DNA of 64,000 nucleotides from Daejeonella sp. (GTDB lineage Bacteria; Bacteroidota; Bacteroidia; Sphingobacteriales; Sphingobacteriaceae): NCBI GenBank assembly GCA_041749185.1, contig JBGTBV010000146.1:4898-68897 (forward strand). The letters are read 5' to 3'. The position numbers and the translations under genes are program-made. The notes below the pieces were generated by a model. It made no database searches and was not told the origin of the DNA. It saw nothing but the letters and a program-made list of their open reading frames with translations. Positions 1 to 10,896 of this stretch are shown here, piece by piece; the first letter of the stretch is position 1; each line of letters opens with the position of its first letter.

Positions 1-1
1 A

Positions 2-697
2 ATCGGGGCCATCCTCATCGCCTTGTTCGTCCTGTCGCTTTTAACGAGCAAACTGTATCTCATCGCCGGCTTAATTGTAATATGCGCATTGCTTATTTAC
101 AACTACAAGAAAAACAGGGCCTTTGTAAGCACTGTTATTTACGGCTTTATTATCTCGGTGGTATTTATTTTCTGTGTTGATTTTGCTTATAATAATGTGC
201 TGCAATCGCACCAGCGCAACCGTATAGACGTACTTTTGGGCACGGTGCAAGATTTGCGGGGCGAGGGGTATAACGTAAATCAATCGAAAATAGCTATCGG
301 TTCTGGCGGTATGTGGGGCAGGGGATATTTGCAGGGAACGCAAACCAAGTATGATTTTGTGCCCGAGCAAAGCACTGATTTTATATTCTGCACCATTGGC
401 GAAGAATGGGGCTTCGCGGGTAGTTTTGTGGTGATATCGCTTTACCTTTTCCTGCTGCTCAGAATTGTGAACATCGCCGAAAGGCAGCGCTCCTCGTTCA
501 GCAGAATTTATGGATACGGGGTTGCATCAATTATTTTCTTTCACTTTTTCATTAATATCGGGATGACAGTTGGCCTTGTACCCGTAATCGGTATTCCCCT
601 GCCCTTTATCAGCTATGGCGGTTCTTCACTTTGGAGTTTTACCATTCTTCTATTTATCCTCCTCAAACTTGATTCTCACCGCATGGGAGTTGTGTAA
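2..697 (+). CDS. FtsW/RodA/SpoVE-family peptidoglycan glycosyltransferase, C-terminal part (5' end lies upstream of the window)
   Basis: The reading frame of ORF 23..697 stays open back to base 2. It is polytopic and hydrophobic, with family-typical motifs VPEQSTDFIF and GLVPVIGIPLPFISYGGSS. Confidence 0.85.
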   Translation: MGAILIALFVLSLLTSKLYLIAGLIVICALLIYNYKKNRAFVSTVIYGFIISVVFIFCVDFAYNNVLQSHQRNRIDVLLGTVQDLRGEGYNVNQSKIAIGSGGMWGRGYLQGTQTKYDFVPEQSTDFIFCTIGEEWGFAGSFVVISLYLFLLLRIVNIAERQRSSFSRIYGYGVASIIFFHFFINIGMTVGLVPVIGIPLPFISYGGSSLWSFTILLFILLKLDSHRMGVV

Positions 698-709
698 AAT
701 GACGTGGCT

Positions 710-1600
710 TTAAGCGAACCGTCGGTTAAGCACTTCGTAAAACTGATCTACGGTGCTTTGTTTCTCGGCCCACCTGTTTTTCCCGGCGTAGTTCTGCTGC
801 AAAAAGTTATCGGCCGATTCAAAATCCTCAAAACGGTTCACCAGCTCAATCGCTTCGCTGTAGGCTAAACTGTATCCGCTAAATAAATCGCGTACAAACA
901 TCAGCTTTTCATTGAGTTTGATCATTGATTTCAGATCGCGTTCTTCACTTTGCTTCAGCGATGCAACTGTTTCATTTTTTTTAAGGCTTGCGGACAGTAT
1001 TTCGTTAAGAGTAGGAGTTTTCTCCCGGCTAGCCTGATTTGAGTCTATTTTTTCTTCCGCTCCCGGTGATGTGCCCAGAATTATCGGTTTAACCGGAGGT
1101 TCTTCATCAAGGTTTTCCGCAGATTTTAAATTCTCATTCTCTGAATGGTCTTCATCATTAAAACCGTTGAATTCTACATTACGGGGAATTTCCTCTACGA
1201 GATCAACTGGGCTAACATTAGATTCTTGTTCGGGTGTGATAATTTCAAAGCGAAGTTCCTCTTTGTTTGAAAGGATTAATTCAGGGTAAAAATCCGCAGA
1301 TTTATGGAAATCCTCCGGCGAAGAAGCCGGATCAAATTTATCGTTTGAGCTAAGCTGACAAAGTTCATCAACTTTGCTATCCGATATCAGGGGAACTGGA
1401 TTGCGTTCGTTGAGCAATTCTGGCGACTGATCCAGCTTTCTGAGAATTGCCAGGTGCTCTGATAGAAAATGAGTGTTTGCTATTAAAAGTTCCAGTTCCA
1501 GCGGATTTATGCTTTCAGGATTTTGCGCTAAAAATTGATATTGCCCGGCAACTTCGTTTATAATTTCACCTATTTTCTTAAAAATTGTTGTCTGATTCAT
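710..1600 (-). CDS. hypothetical protein, acidic Ser/Glu/Pro-rich middle region
   Basis: This is a long ORF. The ORF-track start at 1690 is a TTG, so I prefer the first ATG at 1600 (MNQTTIFKKIG...). I recognised no catalytic motif. Confidence 0.6.
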   Translation of the reverse strand: MNQTTIFKKIGEIINEVAGQYQFLAQNPESINPLELELLIANTHFLSEHLAILRKLDQSPELLNERNPVPLISDSKVDELCQLSSNDKFDPASSPEDFHKSADFYPELILSNKEELRFEIITPEQESNVSPVDLVEEIPRNVEFNGFNDEDHSENENLKSAENLDEEPPVKPIILGTSPGAEEKIDSNQASREKTPTLNEILSASLKKNETVASLKQSEERDLKSMIKLNEKLMFVRDLFSGYSLAYSEAIELVNRFEDFESADNFLQQNYAGKNRWAEKQSTVDQFYEVLNRRFA

Positions 1601-1800
1601 CCTTATTAATGTTTTAGCATTTATGGCGATCGGAAATTGATAAAATATTTCCCGGCAACGGCCAAATTGACGGTCTAAAGATAAGCACAATTATGAATTG
1701 CTGCCGCCGGAATGTTCACACTTTGCTGCCGGAAGTCTGAATTTGTTCAGCAAATTTTTAGATATTAGCCGCCCAATCAAATAGAAAAAATACAGGGCGA

Positions 1801-2376
1801 ATGCTATTTAGCGAACACAATTTTAAAAAAAGAAAAGAACTTGGCGGGAGCATTGAAGTGATTTGCGGTTCTATGTTTTCCGGTAAAACCGAAGAACTTA
1901 TCAGGCGCTTGCGCCGGGCACAGATTGCTAAATTGAACGTAGAGATTTTTAAGCCCGCTACAGATGTGCGCTATGACGAAAACGCGGTGGTATCGCACGA
2001 TTTAAATTCCATTCAATCAACACCGGTTGAGAATTCGGCGGCTATTCTGTTGCTCGGAACCTATACCGAAGTAGTTGGAATTGATGAAGCCCAATTTTTT
2101 GATGAAGGACTTCCGGAGGTTTGCAACCAGTTGGCTAACCGCGGCATCCGCGTAATCGCTGCCGGTTTGGATATGGACTTTCAGGGTAAGCCCTTTGGAC
2201 CCATGCCGGCATTAATGTCTATCGCAGAGCTGGTAACCAAGGTGCATGCGGTTTGTTTACAATGCGGCGGACCGGCAACGTACTCTTACCGCACGGCAGC
2301 AAGTGAAAATAAAATTCTGTTAGGCGAGAAGGAAAGCTATGAGCCCCGATGCCGCATTTGCTATAATTCCCTTTAA
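1801..2376 (+). CDS. tdk: thymidine kinase
   Basis: P-loop [17 protein letters not shown] motif and C-terminal zinc-ribbon cysteines (CLQCG ... CRIC). The size of 191 aa is typical. Confidence 0.93.
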   Translation: MLFSEHNFKKRKELGGSIEVICGSMFSGKTEELIRRLRRAQIAKLNVEIFKPATDVRYDENAVVSHDLNSIQSTPVENSAAILLLGTYTEVVGIDEAQFFDEGLPEVCNQLANRGIRVIAAGLDMDFQGKPFGPMPALMSIAELVTKVHAVCLQCGGPATYSYRTAASENKILLGEKESYEPRCRICYNSL

Positions 2377-2377
2377 T

Positions 2378-5233
2378 TTACCGCACGATCAGCATTTTCA
2401 TGGTGCGGCTTTTGTTCTCATAGCTCATCCTGTAAAAATAAACACCACTTTTAAGCCCGCCGAGGTCAACGTTGATGCGGTAAAGTCCCTGCCTTAAATT
2501 CTCGTTTAAAACTTCGCGAACACGTTTGCCAACCACATTGTAAAGAGAAATGGAAGTCACCGCTTCTTTCGGGATACTGAACTCTATGGTTGTGCTGTTA
2601 ACCGCCGGATTGGGGTAATTTTGCTTCAGAACAAATCCTTCTGAAGGCGAAACAGATTGGTTTAACAGCGTGTTGTATTTGTTTTCCGCAGCCACGGCAC
2701 TGGCCTGCAAATCTTCCAGATTATCGCCTCCTATAAAGGCGAAAGCCACTTTAACAGCCCCGTTGGCGGGAATTGTATACGGCCCCGATCCAATCACAAA
2801 ACTAACATCATATCCGTTTGCAGGGCTATCGCCCAAACTATTGGTCTTTATACCGCTAGAAAGCGTAAGGTATTTTTCTGATAAGCTAAAGCCACCGCCC
2901 GTTTCCAGCAGATCGCCCGATACCTGATAGGTTAGGGGATAGTAGGCCGGAGCGGCTGTATTTTTCAACAACTTAACCGCCGCATATTTGGTTCCCGCAG
3001 TTCTTCCGTAAACATAACCCATCCGGTTTACTGCGTCGTATTTTGTAATGTCGCGGCCGCTTTCGTCTATATCCCAATCTGTGTACAAACCCACATACAC
3101 GCCTACCAGGGGAGTTGCGTTATTGTTCTGAATATCGTATTCTACCAGGGTATATTTGTCATCGGGAACTTCAGAATAAGCAAGTTGACGATGCCGCACA
3201 TACAAGCTCAATGGCGAGGGGCTTCTTGAATCGTTAAACTCAGACCGGGCTTCAAAGGTGGCGTCGGGGTTTTGAGCCCGGCTAACCCGAACCTGCTTTA
3301 CAAAATGATTATCGCTGTCGCCGGCATCATTACGGGCATTGTTAGAAACGCGGTTGCTTGCATTGCCAATCATTAATGATGCCTCGTACAAAAGTGACTG
3401 GCCCTTGTACACAAACCCTAAGCCATTGGTTGCCTCCGGCGAATTATAGCCTACCCTCCCATTACTGGTGATTGTTGATGAAACCTTGTTCACTTCAATG
3501 TTCAGGTAATCAAGAGAAACGGTGATCTTAAAAATTTCAAAATCGCGATAGTTACCGCCATTTGATGTGTAACTCAATCTGAATTCTACCTCCTCATTAT
3601 CGCTCACGCCCGGCTTTATAAAAACCCGGAACGGACCCACCGCGTTCTTTGTTTCGAGAGTACTAAGGCCGCCTACGTTCAACTGGCCGTCTATAATCTC
3701 CACATCGGTATTTGTAGAACTGAGGTTTAAAACCAGGCCCGTTGCCGGTGCCAGAAAGTTTCTGATATCAAAGAAAAGACGCATGGTATCATTTGCGGCA
3801 AGGGCGCCATTGTTTCTGTCTACTATAGTTATTTTCTGGTTTCTGATTGATGGAGAAGCTTCGGTAACAGCCCTTAAAACGTTTATCCGGCCCTTGCCCA
3901 GCAAACCTACAAAATCCGGATTTTCACTATCTATGTTATCGGCCGTAACCCGTAGCTGCTCTCCAACCTGCAACATGTTAAAATTTGGAAACCTGGCTTT
4001 TACAAGTGCCGCGGCGCTGGCGGCCATTGGCGAAGACATGGATGTGCCGGATCGGTTTCCGTAAGTTCCTCCGTTACGTGTATTGTAAATGGTTGCCCCC
4101 GGAGCGGCTAAATCTACCGTAGGCCCAAAATTGGAAAAAGAGCTTTTGATATCGGTGCTGTTTACGCTGGCGACAGACATTACGCCGCCATACGATGCCG
4201 GAAAATCGGGCAGATCGGTGTTATCATTTCCGGCCGCAGCCACAATCAAAACGCCTTTGCTAAGAGCGTAGTTAATAATTTCCTGACCGAAATTGCCTCC
4301 GCCCGGACCGCCCCATGAACAGTTAATAATCTGGGCGCCGTGGTCTGCCGCGTATTTTATTCCCTCATATCCCCGGTAGATTGCTCTTGAATTATTATCT
4401 GCGCCAACCTTCACAATTAATAATTTAGCGTTGAACGCCGTGCTGGCCACACCGATTAAATTATCAGAAACTGCGGAAGCAATACCACTGACATGCACAC
4501 CATGGTCGGTTGAATCGCTGGTAACATCGGGGTTGTTATCCTCCTTGATACTGCCCGCAGACAGGCCAATAAAATCCCATCCGGTATAATTATCAATGTA
4601 GCCGTCCCGGTCATCATCTATTCCGTTTACGGGATCTGCCTGATTGAGAAAAATATTTGCCGCCAGATCCGGATGTTCCAAATCAGACCCCGAATCAACA
4701 ATAGCGATAACCACATTTGCCGAGTTGCGGATCACATCCCAGGCCTGGGTAGAACGAATTTGATTAAGATAACCCTGTCGCGACTCAAAAAAAGCATCAT
4801 TTGGCGTGTATTGGCTGTAATAAATGTAGCTGGGTTCAGCATAATCTACGTTCGGGTTTATCAAAATTTCATTGATAACCTGATCAACCGGTTTTTTACC
4901 TGTAAAAGTAAGTTCAAAAATCCGGTCTAAACCGCCATCATCCGGTTTCTGCCTGCCCGTTGCAGAAACTTCGGCGTTCGAGTTAGCAAAAATTTGCTTA
5001 ACTCCGGTAATAGAAACCGACTTAAGCTGGAGTTTGTGGACGTTCCCCAAGGTTTTAATAGAAAACGCTCCCGAAGAATCGGGCCTGAATTTTACAATTA
5101 CCTTGTCGGGAAGATAATCTGCAGCAGTAACTCCTGCCGGAAATTTAAAGACCCGGCGTTGTGCAAGAGGACCGTCTGCCGCGAAACAAAAAGAATAATT
5201 AATTAGTAAAAAGAGGGTAAAAAATACTTTCAT
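2378..5233 (-). CDS. secreted S8 (subtilisin-like) serine peptidase with T9SS C-terminal sorting domain
   Basis: Signal peptide present. Asp/His/Ser triad contexts are AIVDSGSD, DHGVHVSG and GTSMSSPMAA. The C-terminal ~80 aa (NYPNPAVNSTTIEF...GVYFYRM...MLIVR) look like a Por/T9SS CTD. Confidence 0.88.
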   Translation of the reverse strand: MKVFFTLFLLINYSFCFAADGPLAQRRVFKFPAGVTAADYLPDKVIVKFRPDSSGAFSIKTLGNVHKLQLKSVSITGVKQIFANSNAEVSATGRQKPDDGGLDRIFELTFTGKKPVDQVINEILINPNVDYAEPSYIYYSQYTPNDAFFESRQGYLNQIRSTQAWDVIRNSANVVIAIVDSGSDLEHPDLAANIFLNQADPVNGIDDDRDGYIDNYTGWDFIGLSAGSIKEDNNPDVTSDSTDHGVHVSGIASAVSDNLIGVASTAFNAKLLIVKVGADNNSRAIYRGYEGIKYAADHGAQIINCSWGGPGGGNFGQEIINYALSKGVLIVAAAGNDNTDLPDFPASYGGVMSVASVNSTDIKSSFSNFGPTVDLAAPGATIYNTRNGGTYGNRSGTSMSSPMAASAAALVKARFPNFNMLQVGEQLRVTADNIDSENPDFVGLLGKGRINVLRAVTEASPSIRNQKITIVDRNNGALAANDTMRLFFDIRNFLAPATGLVLNLSSTNTDVEIIDGQLNVGGLSTLETKNAVGPFRVFIKPGVSDNEEVEFRLSYTSNGGNYRDFEIFKITVSLDYLNIEVNKVSSTITSNGRVGYNSPEATNGLGFVYKGQSLLYEASLMIGNASNRVSNNARNDAGDSDNHFVKQVRVSRAQNPDATFEARSEFNDSRSPSPLSLYVRHRQLAYSEVPDDKYTLVEYDIQNNNATPLVGVYVGLYTDWDIDESGRDITKYDAVNRMGYVYGRTAGTKYAAVKLLKNTAAPAYYPLTYQVSGDLLETGGGFSLSEKYLTLSSGIKTNSLGDSPANGYDVSFVIGSGPYTIPANGAVKVAFAFIGGDNLEDLQASAVAAENKYNTLLNQSVSPSEGFVLKQNYPNPAVNSTTIEFSIPKEAVTSISLYNVVGKRVREVLNENLRQGLYRINVDLGGLKSGVYFYRMSYENKSRTMKMLIVR

Positions 5234-5503
5234 ATAGAAAACTTGAGGCGGAGTAAATATACATATAACAATAGCCCAACCGTTGAGATTCTACCCGTTT
5301 TTTGATTATATTAGGGCAGAGGCCGAAAAAATTACTGTCAACATTTCGGTTAAGAAATTCACAGGTTAGTCAATTGGAATTAAACATTTTAACTTCTACT
5401 TTGTACATACAGAGAAAGTTGAACAAATGTTTCCATGTGTATTTGCCAGCGAGAAAAGTGATCAGGTGATATTTGGCACACTACTTGAAAAGTTTATTTA
5501 TCT

Positions 5504-5902
5504 ATGGACATAAAGCAGAAGGTATTAATTATTGATGACAGTCAGATTGACCTCCCGGTTAGTGCTTTGCTTCTTAAAAACAAATTTAAAAACGCCGATA
5601 TTCATTTGGCCAGCAGTGCGGGCAGCGGCCTGCAGTGGCTCAAAGAAAATCAAGATCAGTTGAATGATGGTCTGATTATTCTATTGGATGTACGGATGCC
5701 TGAAATGGATGGTTTTGAGTTTTTAAATGCGTATGAGCTTTTATCCGACCAGATTAAATCAAATACCCACATTATCATGCTGTCTGCTACCTTAGACCCT
5801 TTCGATATTCAAAAGGCGCAAAAAAACAAATATGTTAAATCTGTTCTTAGCAAGCCGCTCGCCGTTTCAGAATTGATAGAAATCCTTAGTTCTATGCAGT
5901 AA
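5504..5902 (+). CDS. stand-alone response-regulator receiver domain (CheY-like)
   Basis: 132 aa with an N-terminal acidic pocket (IIDDS), the phospho-acceptor context LLDVRMPEMDG and a conserved Lys region (LSKP). No output domain and no adjacent kinase. Confidence 0.85.
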   Translation: MDIKQKVLIIDDSQIDLPVSALLLKNKFKNADIHLASSAGSGLQWLKENQDQLNDGLIILLDVRMPEMDGFEFLNAYELLSDQIKSNTHIIMLSATLDPFDIQKAQKNKYVKSVLSKPLAVSELIEILSSMQ

Positions 5903-5930
5903 TTTCGTTCAGAGCCGCAAACTCAAAAAT

Positions 5931-7025
5931 TCACTTCCATACTTCTTTTACTTTTTCGGCTATGGTATGCTCAGCCCGAAAAGTTAGTCCTAATAAGGAA
6001 GCAATAGTTTGGGCCAACTGCTGCTGATAGAGTTGCGTATCTGTTTTGATTTCGCCTTTTGCAGCGATGCCCGGGGCGATCAGTCCAAACCAGGTTTCAT
6101 CAGATCCGGGAATACTTTTGCCGTGCTCTGTCCATAGGTTTTTGTTCATATCTCCGCGACCGTGATCTACGGTTATCAGCAACGCCGTTTTATTTTTATA
6201 CCGGGGGTTAGATTGTAGGTATGTCCATATCTCCTGCAACCATTTATCAACCTGATGGGCTGCCTGCAGGTAAGACCGGTATTGCCCGGCATGAGCCCAT
6301 TCGTCGGTTTCGCCATAAGCGATATACAACACTTTAGGCTGATGAATTTTTAAGTGTTCCATGGCGGCATAATGCGTATACACATCCATACATTCTGCAC
6401 TGTTCCAGGGCCTGTAACTATCCGCCAGCATTTGATTGATGAGTACCTGTTTCTCTGAAGGCTTGACGCCGCCGCTGGCATCAAAAGCAGAAATTACCGG
6501 GAAGCCGGCCCGCTCCTCATTTAATATTCTATCGAAAGCGTTCCAGGCACCTAAAGCGACAACTTTGTTCTTAAATGCCGCCTGCCGGTTTATAAATTCG
6601 AGCACCGTAACGTTCGGGTTGGCCGGATAGGCGTTTGAATTGATACGCTCATCGGCATAACCTGTAAAAAGCTCACTATAACCCGGGTAAGAAAACCAGT
6701 AGTTATTGGCGGTGTTAACCTTGTTGCCAACTTGCCTGTTGCCATACAATTGCCCCTCCCGGCCTAATTTTCCCCACACAAACGGCAGCAATTTTTCCCG
6801 GCTGGCCTGTTCGGTATTTTTATAAAACTCCTCAAAAATCAGGCTGCTGTCGCCCTGATTAAAGCGTGTGTTTTTTGCCAAAGAGGTATCTAAACCTTTA
6901 AATACCTCCTGCCAGCGCAAGCCGTCGGTCGTTATGATGATTAAGTTCTCAATTTTGTTTTGTGCGTTTACGTTTACGGCCGCAAAGAGAAAAGTTATAA
7001 ACAATATTTTTACGATAGATTTCAT
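5931..7025 (-). CDS. alkaline-phosphatase-superfamily enzyme (phosphodiesterase/nucleotide pyrophosphatase-like), secreted
   Basis: Signal peptide present. Metal-site-like motifs are ITTDGLRWQEVF near the N-terminus and YGETDEWAH / VDHGRGD near the C-terminus. Confidence 0.65.
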   Translation of the reverse strand: MKSIVKILFITFLFAAVNVNAQNKIENLIIITTDGLRWQEVFKGLDTSLAKNTRFNQGDSSLIFEEFYKNTEQASREKLLPFVWGKLGREGQLYGNRQVGNKVNTANNYWFSYPGYSELFTGYADERINSNAYPANPNVTVLEFINRQAAFKNKVVALGAWNAFDRILNEERAGFPVISAFDASGGVKPSEKQVLINQMLADSYRPWNSAECMDVYTHYAAMEHLKIHQPKVLYIAYGETDEWAHAGQYRSYLQAAHQVDKWLQEIWTYLQSNPRYKNKTALLITVDHGRGDMNKNLWTEHGKSIPGSDETWFGLIAPGIAAKGEIKTDTQLYQQQLAQTIASLLGLTFRAEHTIAEKVKEVWK

Positions 7026-7131
7026 TTGGCAAATACAGATTTTGATTTTAATGATTTACGTAGTTAATATTAAAATACCGGCAGAGATAGCAAAAAACGC
7101 CCCTTATAATGATTGTCAGAAACTGAAAACC

Positions 7132-8364
7132 TTATTCGTTCAGCTTTCGGGCGAATTTACCAATAGTGAGCCCCTGTACCAATATGGAGAAACAAACAAT
7201 CACGTAGGTAATGGTTACCCAGATATCGCGGTTATACTCTGGCCTGATGGACAGGGCCAACGCAATAGAGATACCACCCCTCAGACCGCCCCAGGTTAAA
7301 ATGAGAATCGTTTTCTGCGTTATTTTTTCTTTAAAAGCGATAGCCAGCGCCGGAATATAAATTGAAACATACCTGGCCCCTACACTAATGAAGATTAAGA
7401 TTAACGCCGCATAAATGATGGTTTGATTGGCTTCTACTACCAGCAGCTCCAAACCGATCAGCACAAACAAAATGGCATTTAAAATCTCATCAAGAAGCTC
7501 CCAAAACTTATCAATATATTCTTCGGTTTGTAGAGACATTCCGTGCTCTTTGCTAAAATTTCCGGTTATCACGCCGGCTACCACCATTGCTAAGGGACCA
7601 GAAACATGGAGATAATGCGCTAACGTATATCCACCCATAACAATAGCCAGCGTAATCAGAACTTCTACCTGATAATTATCAATGCTGGAAATTAATCGGA
7701 AACCCAGCCAGCCAAGGCCCAAACCAAGCAATAAACCTCCCAGTGCCTCCTGTCCGAAAAACAGCAAGATGCTGCCGACAGTTAAATCTATGTTTGGGTC
7801 TGCAAGTTTTAAAATGGTGATAAATACAACAACCGCCACACCGTCATTAAAAAGCGACTCGCCGGCAATTTTTGTTTCCAGTGATTTTTTTACGCCCGCT
7901 GTTTTCAGTATGCTTAAAACCGCGATTGGATCTGTTGGCGAAATGAGGGCCCCAAATAAAAATGCGTGGACCAAACTGACCGAAACCCCGAATAAGCCAA
8001 GCAGGTAAAAAGTGATGTATCCGATTATAAACGTGCTGATGAGTACACTGATGGTAGAAAACAACAAAATACTTAGCCGCTCGCTCTTTAAATCCCGATA
8101 ATTAATGTGTATCGCTCCGGCAAACAACATAAAACTGAGCATTCCTTCCAACAACAATTCGCTGAAATTGATATTGTAAAGTTCAACCTCCACCAGGCTT
8201 TTAAAAAGAGGAAAGAAACGCCCGACCAACAATATGCAAAACGAAAATATAAGCGAGCCAAGCATCAAACCAATGGCGCTGGGCAATTTCAAAACCCGAA
8301 AATTGAGATAGGAAAAGCAGGCCGATAGAACAATGATGATAGAAATAAGATGGAATAAACTCAT
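7132..8364 (-). CDS. cation:proton antiporter (CPA1 / NhaP-type Na+/H+ exchanger)
   Basis: 410 aa with about 11-12 hydrophobic helices. Family-like stretches include LFGALISPTDPIAV and ESLFNDGVAVV. Confidence 0.85.
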   Translation of the reverse strand: MSLFHLISIIIVLSACFSYLNFRVLKLPSAIGLMLGSLIFSFCILLVGRFFPLFKSLVEVELYNINFSELLLEGMLSFMLFAGAIHINYRDLKSERLSILLFSTISVLISTFIIGYITFYLLGLFGVSVSLVHAFLFGALISPTDPIAVLSILKTAGVKKSLETKIAGESLFNDGVAVVVFITILKLADPNIDLTVGSILLFFGQEALGGLLLGLGLGWLGFRLISSIDNYQVEVLITLAIVMGGYTLAHYLHVSGPLAMVVAGVITGNFSKEHGMSLQTEEYIDKFWELLDEILNAILFVLIGLELLVVEANQTIIYAALILIFISVGARYVSIYIPALAIAFKEKITQKTILILTWGGLRGGISIALALSIRPEYNRDIWVTITYVIVCFSILVQGLTIGKFARKLNE

Positions 8365-8408
8365 GATGCGGCGTTATAGACTTCGTATTTAAAATTGAAT
8401 ACGGCGGC

Positions 8409-10289
8409 TTACGCTTCGCCGTCTTTTCTCATCTGGATATTAAAAGCAGGCGCCTGATAGTCTGCAGGCATGTAACCGGGCGGAATGGTTGTTGCGTTGC
8501 CGTCGCGGGCGGCCCGGTAATGAGGCGAGAGTATTTCTATGCCATGTTCATTGCACACATCCTGGATATTCTGATGCAGATCTGAATAAATTACTGCCTG
8601 CTTGTTAGGTTCTTTGATGTAACCGTTTATCTGGTAAGAAACATAGAAATCATCCAGGCTGGTTTGGAGTACAAAGGGTTCTGGCTTTCGCAAAATGAGC
8701 TTGGTTTTCATCGCCGCTTCAATCAGCACTTTATGCATATCCCGCCAGGGCACGTCATATCCAATGGTTACGGTGGTATGCACAATCAGGCCGTTAACTG
8801 GCGCATCACTGCTGTAATTAATGGTATGGCTGTTCATAATTGTTGAATTGGGGATGGAGATAATTTCATTTTTTATTGTGCGGATGCGGGTTACCAGCAA
8901 TGATTTTTCGATCACATCGCCCACCACATCGCCGAATTTTACGCGGTCGCCGATTCTGAACAAACGCATATAAGTAAGTATTAAGCCCGAAACAATATTA
9001 GAAAGCGACCCCGCCGAACCGAACGTAAACAGAAATCCAAGAAAAACGGTAACGCCTTTAAAAATTTCAGAATCGCTGCCCGGCAGATATGGAAATATTA
9101 CGACCATCATAAAAGCATAAATCAGAATTCTGATAATCTGATAGGTTGGGTTAGCCCAATCCGGGTAAAAGCCGTTTAGGTGAAGATTCCCCCTTTCAAT
9201 TTCGGTTTTGAGAAAATGGATTCCTTTTAAGACATATCTGAAAAAAATGATCACCACAATAATGGTAATCAGATTTGGAAGATAGTTCCAAAGGCCGGCG
9301 AAAATCCGCTGTACAGGCTTAAGAATATACCCAAATAAGACTTCCGCGAAATCTTTTGTCCACGGGAAAATGCCGAACAGGATGGGTAATGCCACATAAA
9401 CCGATAGTAAAATAACAAACCATTTCAGAATGTTATTCACCCACAAAAATGCATTTACCTGCTGCTTTGAGTCAAACAGCACATAACTTTTTATCTTAAT
9501 GCCGTTAATTCGGCGACCCTCTTCTCCCCGGATTTTTTTTGAGCTGTACGCGAATAGTTTACCGATATAAAAAATGAGAACAACAATTATCAGGATGATG
9601 AGCAAAGCCAGTCCAATTTCTTTGGCAAGGGTGGCGAAGCTGGTTTCTGATCTATAATTAATAACCGCATTGCTGATAATTGCTTTGTACTTTTTGGCCG
9701 CTTCCTGCTTTGTTTCGTTCTCCCAGAGCGCATCATTTTCAGAAACACTCATTATAATATCTTCACCGTAAACCAGATCTATGGTATTTTCTGCTTCTAC
9801 GAGTTTGAGCGAATCGGCACTGAAAACTAAAACATCTGCCAGATCTTTAATCCTCCCGGTTAATGCTTCAGCCCGATCTTTTGGAGAAAAGCTGCCCTGC
9901 TTACTATAAATCACAAAAAGGGTATCGGTAAAGAACCCGTTTACCGGATAGCCAATCGCGGTTGATCGTAAGGAATCAATTTCATTTCTTTTTTGCGCCA
10001 GCCGCCTGATCTCGGTTTCGCGAAGCGACTCCAATTGCTTTTGAAGTTCTTCTTTTTTTAAATTATCAGTAGTTCGCAAAGAACTGAGCTGCGCCTCCAG
10101 TTCCGCCTTTTTTACGGAGTCGGCAATACGCTGCTGCCTGATTTGTTCAAGCTTAATATTATAATCCTGCAGGATGGTGGCATTCAGCGAATCATTTTTT
10201 CTGTTAGAAGAGTCTTTCTGAGCGTAAGAAAAGCCTTGTGTCAGAAAGAAACACAGAAAAAACAGCAAGATTTTAGCGGGCCCGCACAT
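8409..10289 (-). CDS. mechanosensitive ion channel family protein (MscS/MscK-like) with N-terminal coiled-coil exported domain
   Basis: Signal peptide, then a Q/E/L/R-rich coiled-coil, several TM helices, and an MscS beta-domain signature region GDRVKFGDVVGDVIEKSLLVTRIRTIKNEIISIPNS. Confidence 0.85.
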   Translation of the reverse strand: MCGPAKILLFFLCFFLTQGFSYAQKDSSNRKNDSLNATILQDYNIKLEQIRQQRIADSVKKAELEAQLSSLRTTDNLKKEELQKQLESLRETEIRRLAQKRNEIDSLRSTAIGYPVNGFFTDTLFVIYSKQGSFSPKDRAEALTGRIKDLADVLVFSADSLKLVEAENTIDLVYGEDIIMSVSENDALWENETKQEAAKKYKAIISNAVINYRSETSFATLAKEIGLALLIILIIVVLIFYIGKLFAYSSKKIRGEEGRRINGIKIKSYVLFDSKQQVNAFLWVNNILKWFVILLSVYVALPILFGIFPWTKDFAEVLFGYILKPVQRIFAGLWNYLPNLITIIVVIIFFRYVLKGIHFLKTEIERGNLHLNGFYPDWANPTYQIIRILIYAFMMVVIFPYLPGSDSEIFKGVTVFLGFLFTFGSAGSLSNIVSGLILTYMRLFRIGDRVKFGDVVGDVIEKSLLVTRIRTIKNEIISIPNSTIMNSHTINYSSDAPVNGLIVHTTVTIGYDVPWRDMHKVLIEAAMKTKLILRKPEPFVLQTSLDDFYVSYQINGYIKEPNKQAVIYSDLHQNIQDVCNEHGIEILSPHYRAARDGNATTIPPGYMPADYQAPAFNIQMRKDGEA

Positions 10290-10536
10290 GAGTTTCGTTT
10301 TCGCTAAATATAGCAGAATTTCGATCGTTCAAATCCAGAATCGCACAGATTTGATAACACACCCTGGTATACAAATTTAGCGTGCTTCGGTAACTTGTTT
10401 CAACGACCTTTAACCCTATCGAACCTTTACATCAAAAATGATGTTAGTGATGCAGCTATAAAAACGCAAACAGGCGCTTCCGCGATACGGGAAAGATCAG
10501 GCTGAATTTAAATCAATTCAAAAATAGAAACCGGTT

Positions 10537-10896
10537 ATGGACGAACTCAAAATTTACATCAATTACATCGCTAAAGTTTTCGAATCTATTGGTGTGATTA
10601 CCATCGTGATCGGCACGTTGATGGCACTCTTTAAGTATGTTTTTGCCATACAGAAAGTGAAACCAAGATCGTACAGAATTGTGCGGGAAGAGTTGGGAAA
10701 AGCTTTGCTTTTAGGCTTGGAAATTCTGGTTGCCGGGGATATCATAGCAACCGTTGCTACCGAACCCGAGATGCAGCAGGTTCTGGCTCTGGCACTTATT
10801 GTGGTGATCAGAATTTTGCTGAGCTTCTCCACAGAAATTGAAATTGAGGGAAAGTTGCCCTGGCGGAAAGCGGAATCAGAGCAACGCGATCGTTAA
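10537..10896 (+). CDS. small membrane protein, DUF1622-like
   Basis: 119 aa with two or three TM helices. The stretch LGKALLLGLEILVAGDIIATV resembles the DUF1622 family. Confidence 0.65.
   Translation: MDELKIYINYIAKVFESIGVITIVIGTLMALFKYVFAIQKVKPRSYRIVREELGKALLLGLEILVAGDIIATVATEPEMQQVLALALIVVIRILLSFSTEIEIEGKLPWRKAESEQRDR

Noticed and set aside
5427-5513. A 28-codon upstream ORF overlapping the start of the receiver-domain gene by 10 nt.
   Set aside because: There is no evidence beyond an open frame. Such short ORFs are expected by chance in a 270-bp intergenic region.
6868-7299. A 143-aa plus-strand ORF bridging the gap between the AP-superfamily gene and the antiporter gene.
   Set aside because: It overlaps the 5' end of one and the 3' end of the other minus-strand gene, and only about 100 nt of it is intergenic. 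The sequence is low-complexity with no supporting features.
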